A stretch of DNA of 64,000 bases, from NCBI GenBank assembly GCA_040954595.2, contig CM082580.2:14460389-14524388 (forward strand), given 5' to 3'. Source of the stretch: Balanoglossus misakiensis (lineage: Eukaryota > Animalia > Hemichordata). The translations under genes were made by a program, and so were the position numbers. How positions within the stretch are numbered: the stretch's first letter is position 1; the number at the start of each line of letters is the position of its first letter. Below, piece by piece: positions 11,801 through 25,000 of this stretch. The notes beneath the pieces are model-generated. The model made no database searches and was not told the origin of the DNA. It was given only the letters and a program-made list of their open reading frames with translations.

Positions 11801-14800
11801 AAGAAACAGGCAAAGAGGCAAGAACTAGCAGCAAAGTAAGTTCTTTCATCAAAATTAATATCTCATTAGCTCCCATTTGGTATATGTGTATCAATGGGAC
11901 TCATCAGTCAGCATCCATCTGCCACTCTGTCTGTCTGTTGTTGATATGCATGACAAAACTTCTAAAATCTCCAGAAGTCACAGCTTATGTAATTTTATAA
12001 CTTTCACCTACAATAATATTTTTTATTTCTCCTCTTAATTTTCAGATTATCTCGTCGGATTCTGTGGATAGGGCTTGCTAACTTTGTGCTATGTCCGTTC
12101 ATTCTACTGTGGCAGATATTTTACTCATTCTTCAGTTATGCTGATCTCATTAAAAGACAGCCCGGTGTGCTTGGCTCTCGTAGATGGTAAGCCTCATCAA
12201 GATTTTGCTGTTTGTTGCTGAAAATAGAATGCTGGCCTTACAGTCGTATGTTAGATCCTTGTCTTGTATCATTCTGCAATCTGAACTCTGATATGTTGTG
12301 TTTTCAGGTCAAATTATGGCAAATTGTACCTGCGACACTTTAATGAACTTGATCATGAATTTCAGGCTAGGTAAGTGGTAATGAAGCAATTCCTAAGTAG
12401 AAGAATACTGATTTGTAAATCCTCTAACTATTGACATTTGATACTAATCCACATTTTTATGTGAAACTTTTAAAGATGTTATGAATAATACGGTGATTTG
12501 TCTGAGATGAAAATGTGCTTGAAAATCAATCTTGCTGTAAGTTATCTGTGGTCTATCTCCTTGAATTATCCCTACTATTGCTATTAGGTGACATTGAGCT
12601 TTCTCTCGTTATTTTGTATTGAAACTCCTAATTTGCTGATTTTCATTGTCAGGCTTGCCAGAGGGTATAAACCATCGGGCAAATACATGAATGTATTTGT
12701 GTCTGAGATGTTAGCTGTCTTTGCACAGTAAGTCTTATGTCTTATTTATAAACTGTTTTGTGATATTATATGTTAGAATATGCAGCGACATTTGGATGTA
12801 CTGGACCATACTTATTCTGAATAACCACATACAGTTGAAAGCATTGTCATGTATGAGAGAGATACTGAGATCTGAGAAAACATGCCAATGTGTAATGAAT
12901 GAAACTATCATGCATATACCAGTACTCATATGTGATGTCTAGAAATCATTATAGACTTATACAGCATCACTCTTGTGTATTATTGTCTTACAGAAATATT
13001 GCCTTCTTTGCCGCCTCTATTCTGGCAGTGCTGATAGTACTTACTGTATATGACGAAGATGTTCTCACTGTAGAACATGTACTGACACTGATGACAATCC
13101 TAGGTTAGATACTTTCTTTGTATTATACCAACCAAACCTAAGTCAAAGTGTATCTGAAATTAACCCCCTCCCCCCACAAAACACTCAAGGAAGAAATTAA
13201 CTAGTTCAAAGTTATTTTACAGTCAATGTATCATTGCACATCTCTGTGGTTAAAAGTTCATCTGACCAAACTTTTGAAATGAATTTTCTTTTTGTCTGAC
13301 AGGTCTTGCTGTAACATGTTGTAGGATGTTCATCCCAGATGAGGTGCCTGCATTATACTTGTCTGTCTGTGACTAAATGTTGTTAGGCTTTTCATGAAAA
13401 TACAGCAAAGTGTGCGTGAAGACAGCACAACCTTTTCACTTGTATACAGCAGTGGCCAGAGTGATGCTTGTGAATGATAGAGCGCTCCACATGTTCTGTA
13501 GTTGCCAGGGGTAGGCTGAGAGAGATTGGTAATCCATTTATTTTGTCATCTCTGATAGTATCTGGTATGGTGCCCGGAGAGGTTAATGCAAAGTATCTTG
13601 GCTCAGCTGCATTATATTCCGGATAGCTGGAAAGGAACTGCTCATACATGGAAAACGAGGGATGAGTTTTCCAGACTCTTCCAGTACAAGGCGGTGAGTT
13701 CCTTGGAAACTCCAGATTTTACTATGTACAAGTTTATTGTTCTTTAACTGCACCAATCTGTCTGTTCAAAAGTAACATAGAGTAGCGGTATGTGTTTTTA
13801 AGTAACAGAAACTGAATTACATTGTTCTGTTTTTTTCAGGTCCATTATTTAGAAGAGTTAGTCAGCCCATTAGTGACTCCATACATGTTGTGTTTCAAAC
13901 TGCGACACAAGGCATTGGATATTGTTGATTTCTATCATAACTTCACAGTGGATGTGGTCGGCGTGGGAGACGTGTGCTCGTTTGCGCAGATGAATGTCAA
14001 GAAACATGGCAATCCACAGGTCAGTTGGCCACATGTAGTCAATCTTCAAAATTAACTGTGTGAACTATTCTGTATAAATAAGATTTCCAGCATAGCTGAC
14101 ATACTATAAAATTTTATGCGGGAAGTGTTGATGTTCAAATTTCATTTCCATTTCTTGAGGGCGCTATAACTGCACCTCCCACTGTTCCCATCATACCCAC
14201 AATGCCACTAATCAGTCATTCAATATATAAAACACAAAAGTGTAGCCTGAGGCACAACTTTGATAAAAGGCTGAATTATTTTCTGTCTCTCCTTGATTTA
14301 CCAAAATTGTAGTGGATGAATGAAAATACAACAGAAGCCACACAGTACCAACAGGCAGAAGATGGAAAGTGTGAGCTGTCCCTCATGCATTTTACAGTAA
14401 GGATCAGTCCCTCATCAATTCTGAGTTGCAAAACTAGCCATGACATCCTATGTTTACACACCCAGTCATTTTCACCTGTGAATGACTCTGCACAAAAGTA
14501 GAAGATAGACAGAAGCCAGCCAAACAAGTCAGAATCTCTTTCACAAGTTCTAATGTTTTCTCAAAATCATTTTTGTCCATTTTTTCTGCCAGATGACCAA
14601 CCCCAAATGGAAGCCACCAGATGACAGTAATATGTACATCAGTGCTCTCAAAAACCAAGGTTTGTGACAAAATATATTCAGTTGGTCAGTTTGCAGGCAC
14701 AGCAAATGAAATACACATACCCTCCAAAAAATAAATACTGTCCATGTGATGAAGCTATTAAGCCAGTATATTCATACTGACAATTTTATTTTTTTTACAG

Positions 14801-16478
14801 CCCAGAGAGATGTGGCATTGCTAGGTAGAGTTGAGGCAGAAAACAACGCATTGACGACATCGCTGTATTCAATACAGTCAGTGGAAGGAGGGGTACGTAC
14901 AACAGTGCAATCATCATTATAACCCTATCATCCCTTATTTTTCCAAATGTATGGGTCTCACCAATTGCTAGAAATGACCGGGTTGGACCATTTTTGCCAG
15001 GAAAACTGATGAAGATCATAGGGCACAATTCTTAGTCGATTTCAAAAACTGGCAATTCACCGGAATATCTCTTGAATGTCCCAGGATTATTGATGTCTGA
15101 GTTTGTATGTTCCCTGAGTATAAAGAGCTGCAATAACAGCAGTAACGTGCCTTTGTATCAAATACGTTTTTGCAATGCAGCTAATTTGCCTAATCCTGTG
15201 TCTGATTCAACAGCTGAGCAGTCTGCTTGGAAGCATAGCTTTGCAACATAAGTTGGGAACTCCAATCTCAGTGCCCGGGTCTGGACCTACCTCTATGGGT
15301 ACAATGACTCCCAGCATGCCCCCTGGCAACTATGGGGCTGGACCATCAACAGGAACAGTTAGGGGGAGTGTGTCCAGAACAGAGGGACCGTTTAGAGCCA
15401 GTGCTAATGGACTGCTTGGAAGGTAAGACCTCTTGTTAAGTATTGCGTTATTTGGCATGGAGGAGATTGTTGAACACAACATATATATTGCCATTGAATA
15501 CTTTGTTAACTTAGCTGCACTTTTTTTCTCATCAACTCCTTTCCACCATGACAGCATCCACAGTTCAGGTCTTACCATGAGCATCCAGGGATCAGGTTCT
15601 TTGAATCAGAGCATAATTGACCCTGCAGTCACCAACGCAGAATTTGCAACGGCCGATATGAATTTCAGTGCAGTCTACATGCATCAGGTAGGGGGGCTTC
15701 CTTCATCACCCTGTGTGATGAGTGTTATTTGTTGTATGTTTTTTGTGGTGTTCCTTTTCCATTGATTAATATTTGATGTTGTGTCCATAGTCCTTACAAA
15801 GCCTTTACTGAAAACATCTGTTTTCCTGTAAGATCAGAACAAGTTCACGACTCAATATTCATTAAATACTTCCCTACACTTTTACGAAACAGATGCATGA
15901 TCGAAGAGTCAATGTGAACACTCAGATGCCAATCAACACAGAGTGGCAGCAACAGGATGAGGAGGCCAGGAGATTGTGGCACAGCGCAGAAACGGAGAGT
16001 CCGGAAAGGCAGCAACATGCCCTGCCACTGTCCGGAATGTCACAGTTGTCATCAAGGAAGATCTCCAGTAATGTGGTTGATGAGGAAGAAGAAGAGGAGG
16101 AGGAGGAGGAATTGAATGATGATGATAGACCACCCACTGAGCATGTGCTAGTTGACATCAACAGGTAAGGGAATAATGTATTGCTATTTCTGGCATTGCA
16201 AATCTGCTCTCTGTAGCCAGATGTGTCAAATCATGAAATGAAAGATATTTCAGCCGAGCCAGATGATGACACAGGCATCAAAGACTGTGATGCATTACTA
16301 AATGCAGTCAAAACATGACCATCCAGCTAATAACTATCCTAATTCCTTGTAGCTCATCATTGGTAAATTTCAGTGAAAAATATCTTTGTTTCAGCATGAA
16401 AGATCAAGTACATGTAATTTGCTATCATTTTGTATCTTCTCTTTTCTTTTTCACAGACCACCTCATGCCTCAGTCTGA
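8810..16478 (+). CDS. ATG9A: Autophagy-related protein 9A (lipid scramblase), 823 aa. Coding exons 8810-8921, 9138-9246, 9789-9941, 10237-10372, 10778-10880, 11145-11244, 11512-11561, 11751-11835, 12046-12186, 12308-12370, 12653-12727, 12994-13103, 13303-13343, 13559-13693, 13840-14019, 14313-14396, 14593-14659, 14801-14892, 15214-15422, 15555-15687, 15893-16164, 16457-16478.
   Basis: The spliced translation contains ATG9 hallmarks: WNHIENLDEFFTRVY, LTELDIYHRILRFKNYMVAMINK, LGSRRWSNYGKLYLRHFNELDHE, YDEDVLTVEHV, TRDEFSRLFQYKA..LEELVSPLVTP, FTVDVVGVGDVCSFAQM..HGNPQW, QQAEDGKCELSLMHF.MTNPKW. All introns are GT-AG with consistent phases; total 2472 nt. The last 22-nt exon is the least certain. 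Confidence 0.97.
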
Positions 16479-18400
16479 TTGTATTATCCACCGAGAAGAA
16501 CCATTCCTGGATGAAGTGTTTTGTGTCACATAATACCTAGTATATCTGGACATCAATTTCAAACGCATAATTATGAACATTACGTTCAGAGGCTTAAAAT
16601 ACTGCTTGCTTCATTACTACCAAATGCTGCATTCATGTGAACGATGTCTAGTTATAAAATCTGGATTTTGAGTGGAGTTCTGTAGTGTCAGTGTCACTTA
16701 CTGTTAGTACCACATGTTTTTTGTGGGGGTTGATGTTTCAATTAAGCTTCCTCTAAACACACTTTTGATTCAAAATCATTATTCCATTCACTCTGTCCTT
16801 TTCAAAGCTAACAAACAAAGAAATAAGTGCCATTATTGAGCCAACAAGTTTAGAAAATCCAAATATGAGCCTTTGAACCTCATCCTACGAGATACAAGTC
16901 TCATACTATGAGATATAATTTACATAAATCCATTTTACTCTAATGTGTAGTGTATTTCTATGAAGTCACTCTGTCTTCTGTGTTTATGAGTGTCAATCAT
17001 GCAGTCATAGCTTTAATCTGGCATGGGGGAGGAATGCAGAAACAGTTTACAACCGTGGTCTCATGCTTTGTATACTGACATCATGAGGATTAGGTTAATA
17101 GTAATTACTGTGCAAATCATATTATCTGAGCAAACACTGAAATTTAACAGCATTAGATTTCCACATGCAGTGCCTCTGTGACTTCTTTTATTTTTCTTGA
17201 AGAGTTTATAGCCTGGGACATTGTCATCAAGCATGTTTGATTTATTCATGGCTTTTATAGTTCAGTTTCATTTTATGAAAGTTAATTTCCTCAGGGTCAA
17301 GTTTTGTGTTCAGTGCATTCACAGGTAAACATGCATATTTATTTAAGATAGTTCCCAACCCCCAAATAGCATAAAGATTTGCATGAGCAAGACGTTACAT
17401 GTTGTATCAACATTAAATGGTTTTCATCTTGAAGGATGTTTTTATTTCTGTTTGTGGTGCCATTCTACCATCAAGAACTTTAGTAGATTTTAAAGAAATC
17501 TTCAATCTAACTTGCATGTTACGAATACCAAAGTTAGCATAGAAACATTTAACCAAATGTCGATGGCCAACCACGAGTGAGAAACTGACATTAAATATGA
17601 AGATGCTACAATTTTTACTGTGGATTTTGTCAAGAGGATTCTAATATTCCACCCCACAGGAAGTCATAAGAGCCTTACTGGTAGTGTGAACACATTTAAT
17701 TTTATTATATATAGTCAAAATAAAAATAAATAAAGAGATAAAAAGGTACTTTATTTTTATTCCGAAAAGTTTTGCCTGTACAAAATGTTTTTATCAACAG
17801 ACAGTATGTAGGGTTACAATTTTTGTTAGGTCGGTGTATAAATTATGCATGGAAGTTATCGTGCAGTGTGTGATAGCTGTGTGATTTTTTCAAAAAGTTT
17901 TCGAGTTTTGTGATGCCATGTTTTGAGCTAAATTGTGTAATCGACGTTGTTATTCAGGACCTAATCAGTTATATAAGAAATTATGCGCACACATGCTTAC
18001 AAATTTGCATAATGTTGCATCAGTATGAAATACATCAAAAATATATCAGTTGGTAAATTTCAAATATGTGCACTTTTACTAGACCAGTTTAACCAAACAG
18101 GTCGTTGTTTGTCAGACTGATAGGAAAAAAATTACATTTAATGTGATGTTGTATACATTTTTTTTTCCTATTGAACATAGCCAGGTGTAATGTTTACATT
18201 GCTTGTAACAATGACAGTAATTAAGATGTGCTTCTTGGAGACTTCAACAACTTCATTCACGTTCTACTAAAATATTGTAAATTATAATTCTTCCCAGGTG
18301 TCAATAAGCTGATGTGATTCCACTTTCATATAACTTATTAGATTTACCCACAAAATATTTATTACGTGTATGTTGTATTTTGTTAATTATGCAAGATAAG

Positions 18401-18406
18401 AATAAA
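18401..18406 (+). terminator. Probable ATG9A polyadenylation signal (3' UTR about 1.9 kb)
   Basis: AATAAA followed by a GT/T-rich tract (CTTGTCTTGTTCTCTGTTG). It coincides with the end of the CpG-depleted block. Confidence 0.55.
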
Positions 18407-19062
18407 ACATTCTTATATATGGTGCAAGAAACACTTGTCTTGTTCTCTGTTGCATTTCTCAGCTTTCCTGTCACTGATACTGTTGTATACATGCAAATAT
18501 TCTCATCTCATAACTCAGTTTTAGTTTCCGCCCGAAATCCCACTCTCACTTTGAATTATGTATGCCACAAAAATACAACCTGAATCGGCCACTCTATCTA
18601 AAAGTTACGTTCCCGTTGTGGCATCTGACGACCAAATTGGCAAATTTGTGCGGCGAGCTTTCCATTCTGAACCTCGGCGTAATTCCACTTTGGGATTTAA
18701 CGAGATGTGAATTGCAATCTGTAGGTGGAATGCGGTTGAAAAGGGAATGATTTGGGCATATTGTCCAGTTTTGTTCGCCAAGGAGATATCGGAATTGGCG
18801 GTCCGCATGATCGAATGGCCACTCGAGTACAGTCAACGATCATTTGCGAAATGAGATTGCAGAGCGTGTCTGCTGAAAGTGATTGTGTTTTGACGAAACC
18901 CAGACGAAAATAGCGAACGAGTTTGACAAATAAATAGCACACACTCTGTGCTGTATTCACAAACCGCTTGGATTTGGCGTGTCGAATCTAAACCTGGCAG
19001 GGTTGATGATCGCTGGTGGTCAGCATGACTTTGCATTATGTCCTGAAGTTAATATTTGATCT

Positions 19063-19086
19063 TGATGATGATGATGATGATGATGA
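19063..19086. repeat. (TGA)8 microsatellite
   Basis: Direct reading. Confidence 0.9.
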
Positions 19087-21899
19087 CCACAAATAATTAC
19101 TTCACTCCTTTCATGATTTCGCTGTGTTGAATAGAACATGTGAAAACTTCCAATGATTTATTTACTTTTATGTCATGTTATAAACAATGTATCTCTGTCT
19201 GTTGCATTTATATGTACACCTGGAACGTTGTAATAGTGATGGTAATAGTGATGAGTAAGATAGAAGTAAAATAAGTATTTAAATTATAAGAAGGTATGAG
19301 TGAGTGGAACTTGATCTGATTGGCCACAAGTAAACAAAATGGCCGGTGAACTTAGCCCCACACTTTTACTCTCACCATCCAATCCTCTTGAATCAGATTC
19401 AGCGCTGCTTCTACAAATCCGACTTCCCGGCTAATAATTTTTGTCAGCTTCAAATGAACCAGCCGGGCCACATTATTGCTCCCCATTGACGCTGTGTGAT
19501 TCGTAAGACGCCGATGTAATTAGAATGTTCAGTCGATCAAAAGCGCCGAGGTGAATTCCGATTTAATGACTCGTATGAACAATAAGTATCAAACCAGTGG
19601 CCGAACGGTCCACTGGGAATGATGTCTAATACTGAGAGATATGCCCGTTTCCAATGAAAGGATGAGGCTTTAATTAATTCACAGGGAACTGAATCGGCCA
19701 TTATAGAATAGACTATCTGTGTTACAAGTACTTGTGATTATTTGATTAGGGTTTGGTGATTATCATAGAGATAGAGGTGAGTTTCATGGAAATATCATCT
19801 GAAGACAAATTGCCCAAAGCAGATTTTATTTCATTGATTACCAGTTGCTGTATCCCACAGATGAGTTCAATAAAAATAATAAAGATTTATATTTCCTCTG
19901 GGTTCTTTAAGTTTTTACGATTAAATCATACCTTGAGGATTAGTAATTTTGTTTTGAAAATGAGAAATTAATCACACTGTTAGGTTTGCAATGGTTAGAT
20001 TGAAATAAGACGTATTCCTAATTGTCCCATCATTTCTCTACAATGGCAGGGTTGAGGCCAAATAAAATGTTTAGGTTGTGTTGAAAATTTGCATTAGAAA
20101 ACCAACAACAGAAAATAATTGTAGATGTGGGTATGAACTCTGTATGGTTACTGCAAAGAAGGAACATTTAAGCTCAAATATGGCATGAAAGGCAGATATA
20201 GTTCATCGTTCCAACCGTTTGCGAGTGTAAGTATAGTCGACTTTTCACCCGTGATTCCACCGTGATTTAATACTATGTTGTTTGATCCTCTGCGTGCAGC
20301 AAAAATCTATTTTAGGCCATACAACCTTCTGACAATCTTTTGAAATCCCAGTGATAAATTCTGCTCTGGTTTTCAAAGCAAGTGGTTCACTCTCACTAAG
20401 ACTTGATCATTAATTGAACGAATAAAATTTACAGGAAATTTGCTGAAATCAGATATATCCCAGTTTTCTAAGCCTCTTTTCTCATGTGTCACTTGTTTCT
20501 TATCGACGTATATATACTGAATAAACTGTCCATGCGGTCGATGTTGTCGTTTTTTAAATTAGTGTTCAATAAAAAAATGTCTGGATCTTTTTGTTCATTT
20601 TAAACTAGAAGCCTGGAAATTTTCTGTTTACCTCACGGGAGATATTTCAATGGAAAACAAAGGTCCAATACTACAGTAGATAATCAATTTCATGCAAGAA
20701 TCTGGGATGGAGATGGCCGTGCATTTAATTAAATTCGTGAGCACGTTCATAGCTGTTCTGTTATTTTTTCATCAGAACGGGTCAACATTTTAGTGGCGCC
20801 ATAAATGAAATATTTCTAAGAATCTAATACGGATCTTTATTCTCTTGTAAAAGACTGTAATGTCACAATACACATATTCCACAAAAGGTACACATTTGCT
20901 GAATTCAATGCTGATATTCCTATCGCTTTTAATTTTGTACATATATAAATCTGTATGTCTAACACGACATTGCCAGCGGCTTTGATATTTCTATTACTGA
21001 CCCATTTTGGGGTTTTTAACTGTATCTTTGGTGAATTTACAGCGAAATTAGATCAGACAATCTGTGACAAAATGGCCCCAAGATATTACCAGTTCCTTAA
21101 TTTTAGCTTCAAATGCAATCCTGGGAAAATACACATGACTTTCACGTTTTTTAATGGAGAGAATCAGACAATTCATTATTTAATATTACATTGGTTAATT
21201 AAAATGAAATATATGGATAGATACATGTATATCTTAACAGATTTCAGACGCAAGTAGACGATGGTGCCCTGAGAACACTATACCTCTATCTATAAACAAC
21301 GTGTCATAACTGGGTCCACCACAAACAAACAATAATATTCCATCAGCCCTGGCTTGTGGTGCATACATTTCATAACTCCTGTACAGCCTGCCGAACTTGT
21401 GACTCATATAGACTTCATTAAAGCTAGCGAGACAAGGATTCTCAGAAAGTGGATCGATCAGAAAATTCAAGAAGTTTTATGGCAGATACAGAGAGGCTGA
21501 CGTGTCAAAGTATCACATATTATCTGATATTAAAACTGAGTGACAGAATTTCTGAATTTGACTTATTCAACAGTAATTTGGTGGCTTATCTGAATTACAC
21601 TTAATTTGTCAAGCTTGACGGATGTAGCATGATAGTGGGATTGGCTTATACCCGGTTTGGCCACCTGGTACCACCACTTAGCAGTGGTTCAAGATAGCCA
21701 TATTGTAGTTGTCGCTCTAACACTGCACTACATGTTCAAGGGGATGACTCCAACAGTTTGTAAATGGCTTGTAATGGTGAGGAAATATGACCCTTCTTAA
21801 TCACTGGGAAAATGATGCTATTTCCAGGAAGTATAGAAACTGTTTTTCTGAATGGAACTAAGTGCAGCATAGCGCGCAATAATTGGATTTCTCATTCAA

Positions 21900-22030
21900 A
21901 ATTTTGCAAGGTGAACTGAACTCAAATTTTCATTCTCAAAGTTTAAGAGAGAATAATCTTAAGTTGCATTATTTAGCAAAATATGAGAAAAGGATTAAAA
22001 CTGTGATTTTTGAGGTGCATACTACCTTAA
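21900..22030. mobile_element. Lone right end of a TTAA-targeting DNA transposon
   Basis: Ends GAGGTGCATACTACC|TTAA (TTAA at 22027-22030), the same ACTACC|TTAA terminus as the complete element ending at 62728. No partner end found; the left boundary is approximate. Confidence 0.4.
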
Positions 22031-25000
22031 ACGTATACAGCGTGCTCTATCGCTAACATTTACAAATTATGATACTACCATGGTGAACAAAAATCTGGTT
22101 TCAACCAGCTGCAACTGGTCTATCAATATTTTAAATCTACAATGCAAAGAATTATGAATAATACATGTCTGATCATTTTACAAGCCATTTCAATAAATCA
22201 AAACTAAGTCGTTACGTCAACATTGACTTGCGGAATACAATGTGAAAGTAACTACTGGCCATGTTCGCTGTTCAAAGGGATTTTTCTGTTGAGATTCATT
22301 GACAAGGGAACACCTGTTTGTACATGTACCTGTACCCCAGGTCTCTGACTTTGTGGTGCACTCATATATTCAAGTTGTAATGACGTGATGCGCCATGCTA
22401 ATTTGAATTGTTGGTTGGTTGGTTGTTCCCCATGATGCAACAAAAAAGACTGGCTGATGATAATCTCTACTCTCTTATTCTGCTTGACAGATATTTCCTC
22501 AACCACGATCGCTGTTTCAACGTTCATTTGTTCTGCCCGTCTTAGTTAGAAAACCAGACACGTCAAAATGAGATTCGCCATTCCCGGCCACCGAATTAAG
22601 TCGCAGGAACGCTAAGGCGATAAAAGTTTTAGCGCGAGAAATGGGGCGGATGTTAATTTTTCAGCCATCCATTTGTCAAGATTTTCTCGGTCTGACTATT
22701 TGCTTTCCCCGTCTCGGAGGGGGAGGGACCCCAATAAGGTGCATTATAGGGGAATGAACTCATTGCTACATTTTAATTTACCCGATTATGATTTTTTAGT
22801 TATGGGGAGAAATGGTTTGGTTTGTCCTCATTGAAATGTAGACAAAATAGTCCCTCTACATGACTCCCTATCGCTCGTAATAAAATGGCACAACTATAAA
22901 TAATGAATTTATCCGTTGCGACTTTGATGTCCGACTTGTTTATGCTCCAGGAAACAATGATGGCTCGGATGTGGGTAAGTCTTTTAGCCCTCGGTAACTG
23001 ACCTTTTCCAAGGCTTTAAGTCGGTGTCTACCTGCTGGCATATTGTGGAGAATATATCTGCATGGACATCCGCGACTTGAATGCATAAGCAGATGACAAC
23101 ACGAAACTGGTTTTAATATGTTTTTATGCATGTGATCGTTGAGTAGTTTAATGGGGTGTCACACTTTAAAGACAGGGTACGGATATAAAGTGGTTTTATG
23201 AGAAACGTGCTTACTTGACCCAATAAACGATACTCTTGTGTGAGCATCGTAACAGTGTGATCCGGGTATATATCATGCACTAATATTCCATTCCATACAG
23301 ACCAGCTTCTGTTAATATATGGTTACCCATATTACCATTTCATAAGGAAATGTGCTTGCAAAGAGAATATACAGAAAAATACTAGATATATGGTGCAAAA
23401 AATAAAGATTTTGTTAATTAGTGCATTCTCCTTTTGTTTCTGTACCTCACCCATAATGTGACTTGTGTAGACAACAGGTGCATTTAACAAATGAATGCAT
23501 TTACATGTATTAACACAAGCTGTAGCAATGCCCTAGGCACGGTACACGTAAATTGAGGTTCTGGCCTAATTCCACACAAAGAGAAAAAAATTGACAAAAC
23601 ATAACAAAGTGTGGCATGTCCATGTGCTGTTGGTATTTCTTTCACAAGCAAATAATTTGCTTCACTTAAATCTAACCCTTTTCCGAAATCTTAAAACGAG
23701 TACCGAGTGCGCTTTCGAATCACCTCAATTCATGATTATTCACAGATTCTATTCAGATTTGTTGCAAGGCGGTAGGAGCTTCTCCGGCCAACCATGAATT
23801 TAATATGCGATCTGGCTGTGCATCGGTCTTGCATAAATACCTTTACTTGTTTGTTAACCAGCGGCATAACATCAATAACTCACCCACTTCACCATCTAAT
23901 AGGCGTAAATGGTCTGTTTCTATGGCGTTAACTTGAACGTAAATCAGATTGCAATTTCATTAATTTATAATTACAACGTCTCCAAGGGAGAGAGAAAAAC
24001 GCCACACAAAACTACTGTTGCTGACATAAGATCATCAAGTCTAACGTCAAGTCAAAATAATTTCACTGAAAATATCACAGGAATTTCACATTTTCACTTA
24101 GTTGTTGAGAAGTAGACCAAGATGTTATTAGTGACATCAATATCGCTCAAAAACTATAAACCTGAAACTATAATACCCCATTCCATCGTATTGTTGTGTA
24201 GCCCCAACTCATCCAACCTTGACTATAGTGAGCCGATACAGCACAGAGATCAGCCGGGCAAATACGTTTTATGCATGGAATTCGACAAGAGACCCGCTCA
24301 ATATAATCACATATGGATATAGAGTGTTTTCATTGAAATAGGCCTCAAGAAAATACATTCCCTTCAAGTAGATCACTGGCCCACAATGGGCGAAATTCTT
24401 ATCGTAATGCAAAAATCGGGTTCCAAGATCATACCTCGATGAAGAAAAAGCGTCTCTGGTTTTAACAAGTAATCGCCTTAAGGGAGAAACACGAATTCTG
24501 AGTAAACAACGTGTGGTTATAGGTTATTTCTAAATGTAACAATGGCATCTGCGGCGCATTGATGACGCACGTACACAACCTAAATGAGCACAGAGTGGAG
24601 AAGCTGGCACAGCTTCAGTGTAACAGCAGTACATCAAGGTGAAGGGAGAGGTACCCGAAGTTTTTATCAGAACTGAGCGAGGTTTCCACTGTTCTCCAGG
24701 ATTTTAAACGGGCATGTGTTTTGCACAGTTGAAGTTTTGTTTTCACAACAAACAGGTCCCTACCTTGTTTATTTCTATAGAAGCATGAAGCATGTGCCTC
24801 TAGTAAGCAATGAAGGCTTCTAAAAGACAGACAAGACAGACTAATCGTTCTGTAGCTGCCTCGTGATAAAACATGGATAATGCGTTCTTTTCAGGAGAAG
24901 ACAATATAAGAGAAAAGAAGAGGAATGGATCAGTGACAGCTGTTGACAGACATCTTCACAATTTAAGATGAGCCACTTACCACGATTCATTTCAAACCGA

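Noticed and set aside
14801-14824. Apparent 24-nt micro-exon in ATG9A (CTAG|GTAGAG)
   Set aside because: The frame continues to 14892 with ENNALTTSLYSIQS, matching ATG9A, and only that donor fits the next exon's phase.
16217-16318. Acidic frame PDVSNHEMKDISAEPDDDTG... after the ATG9A stop, suggesting readthrough or another exon
   Set aside because: It needs two readthroughs (TAA 16166, TAG 16214), and the nearby acceptor is out of phase with the 16164 donor.
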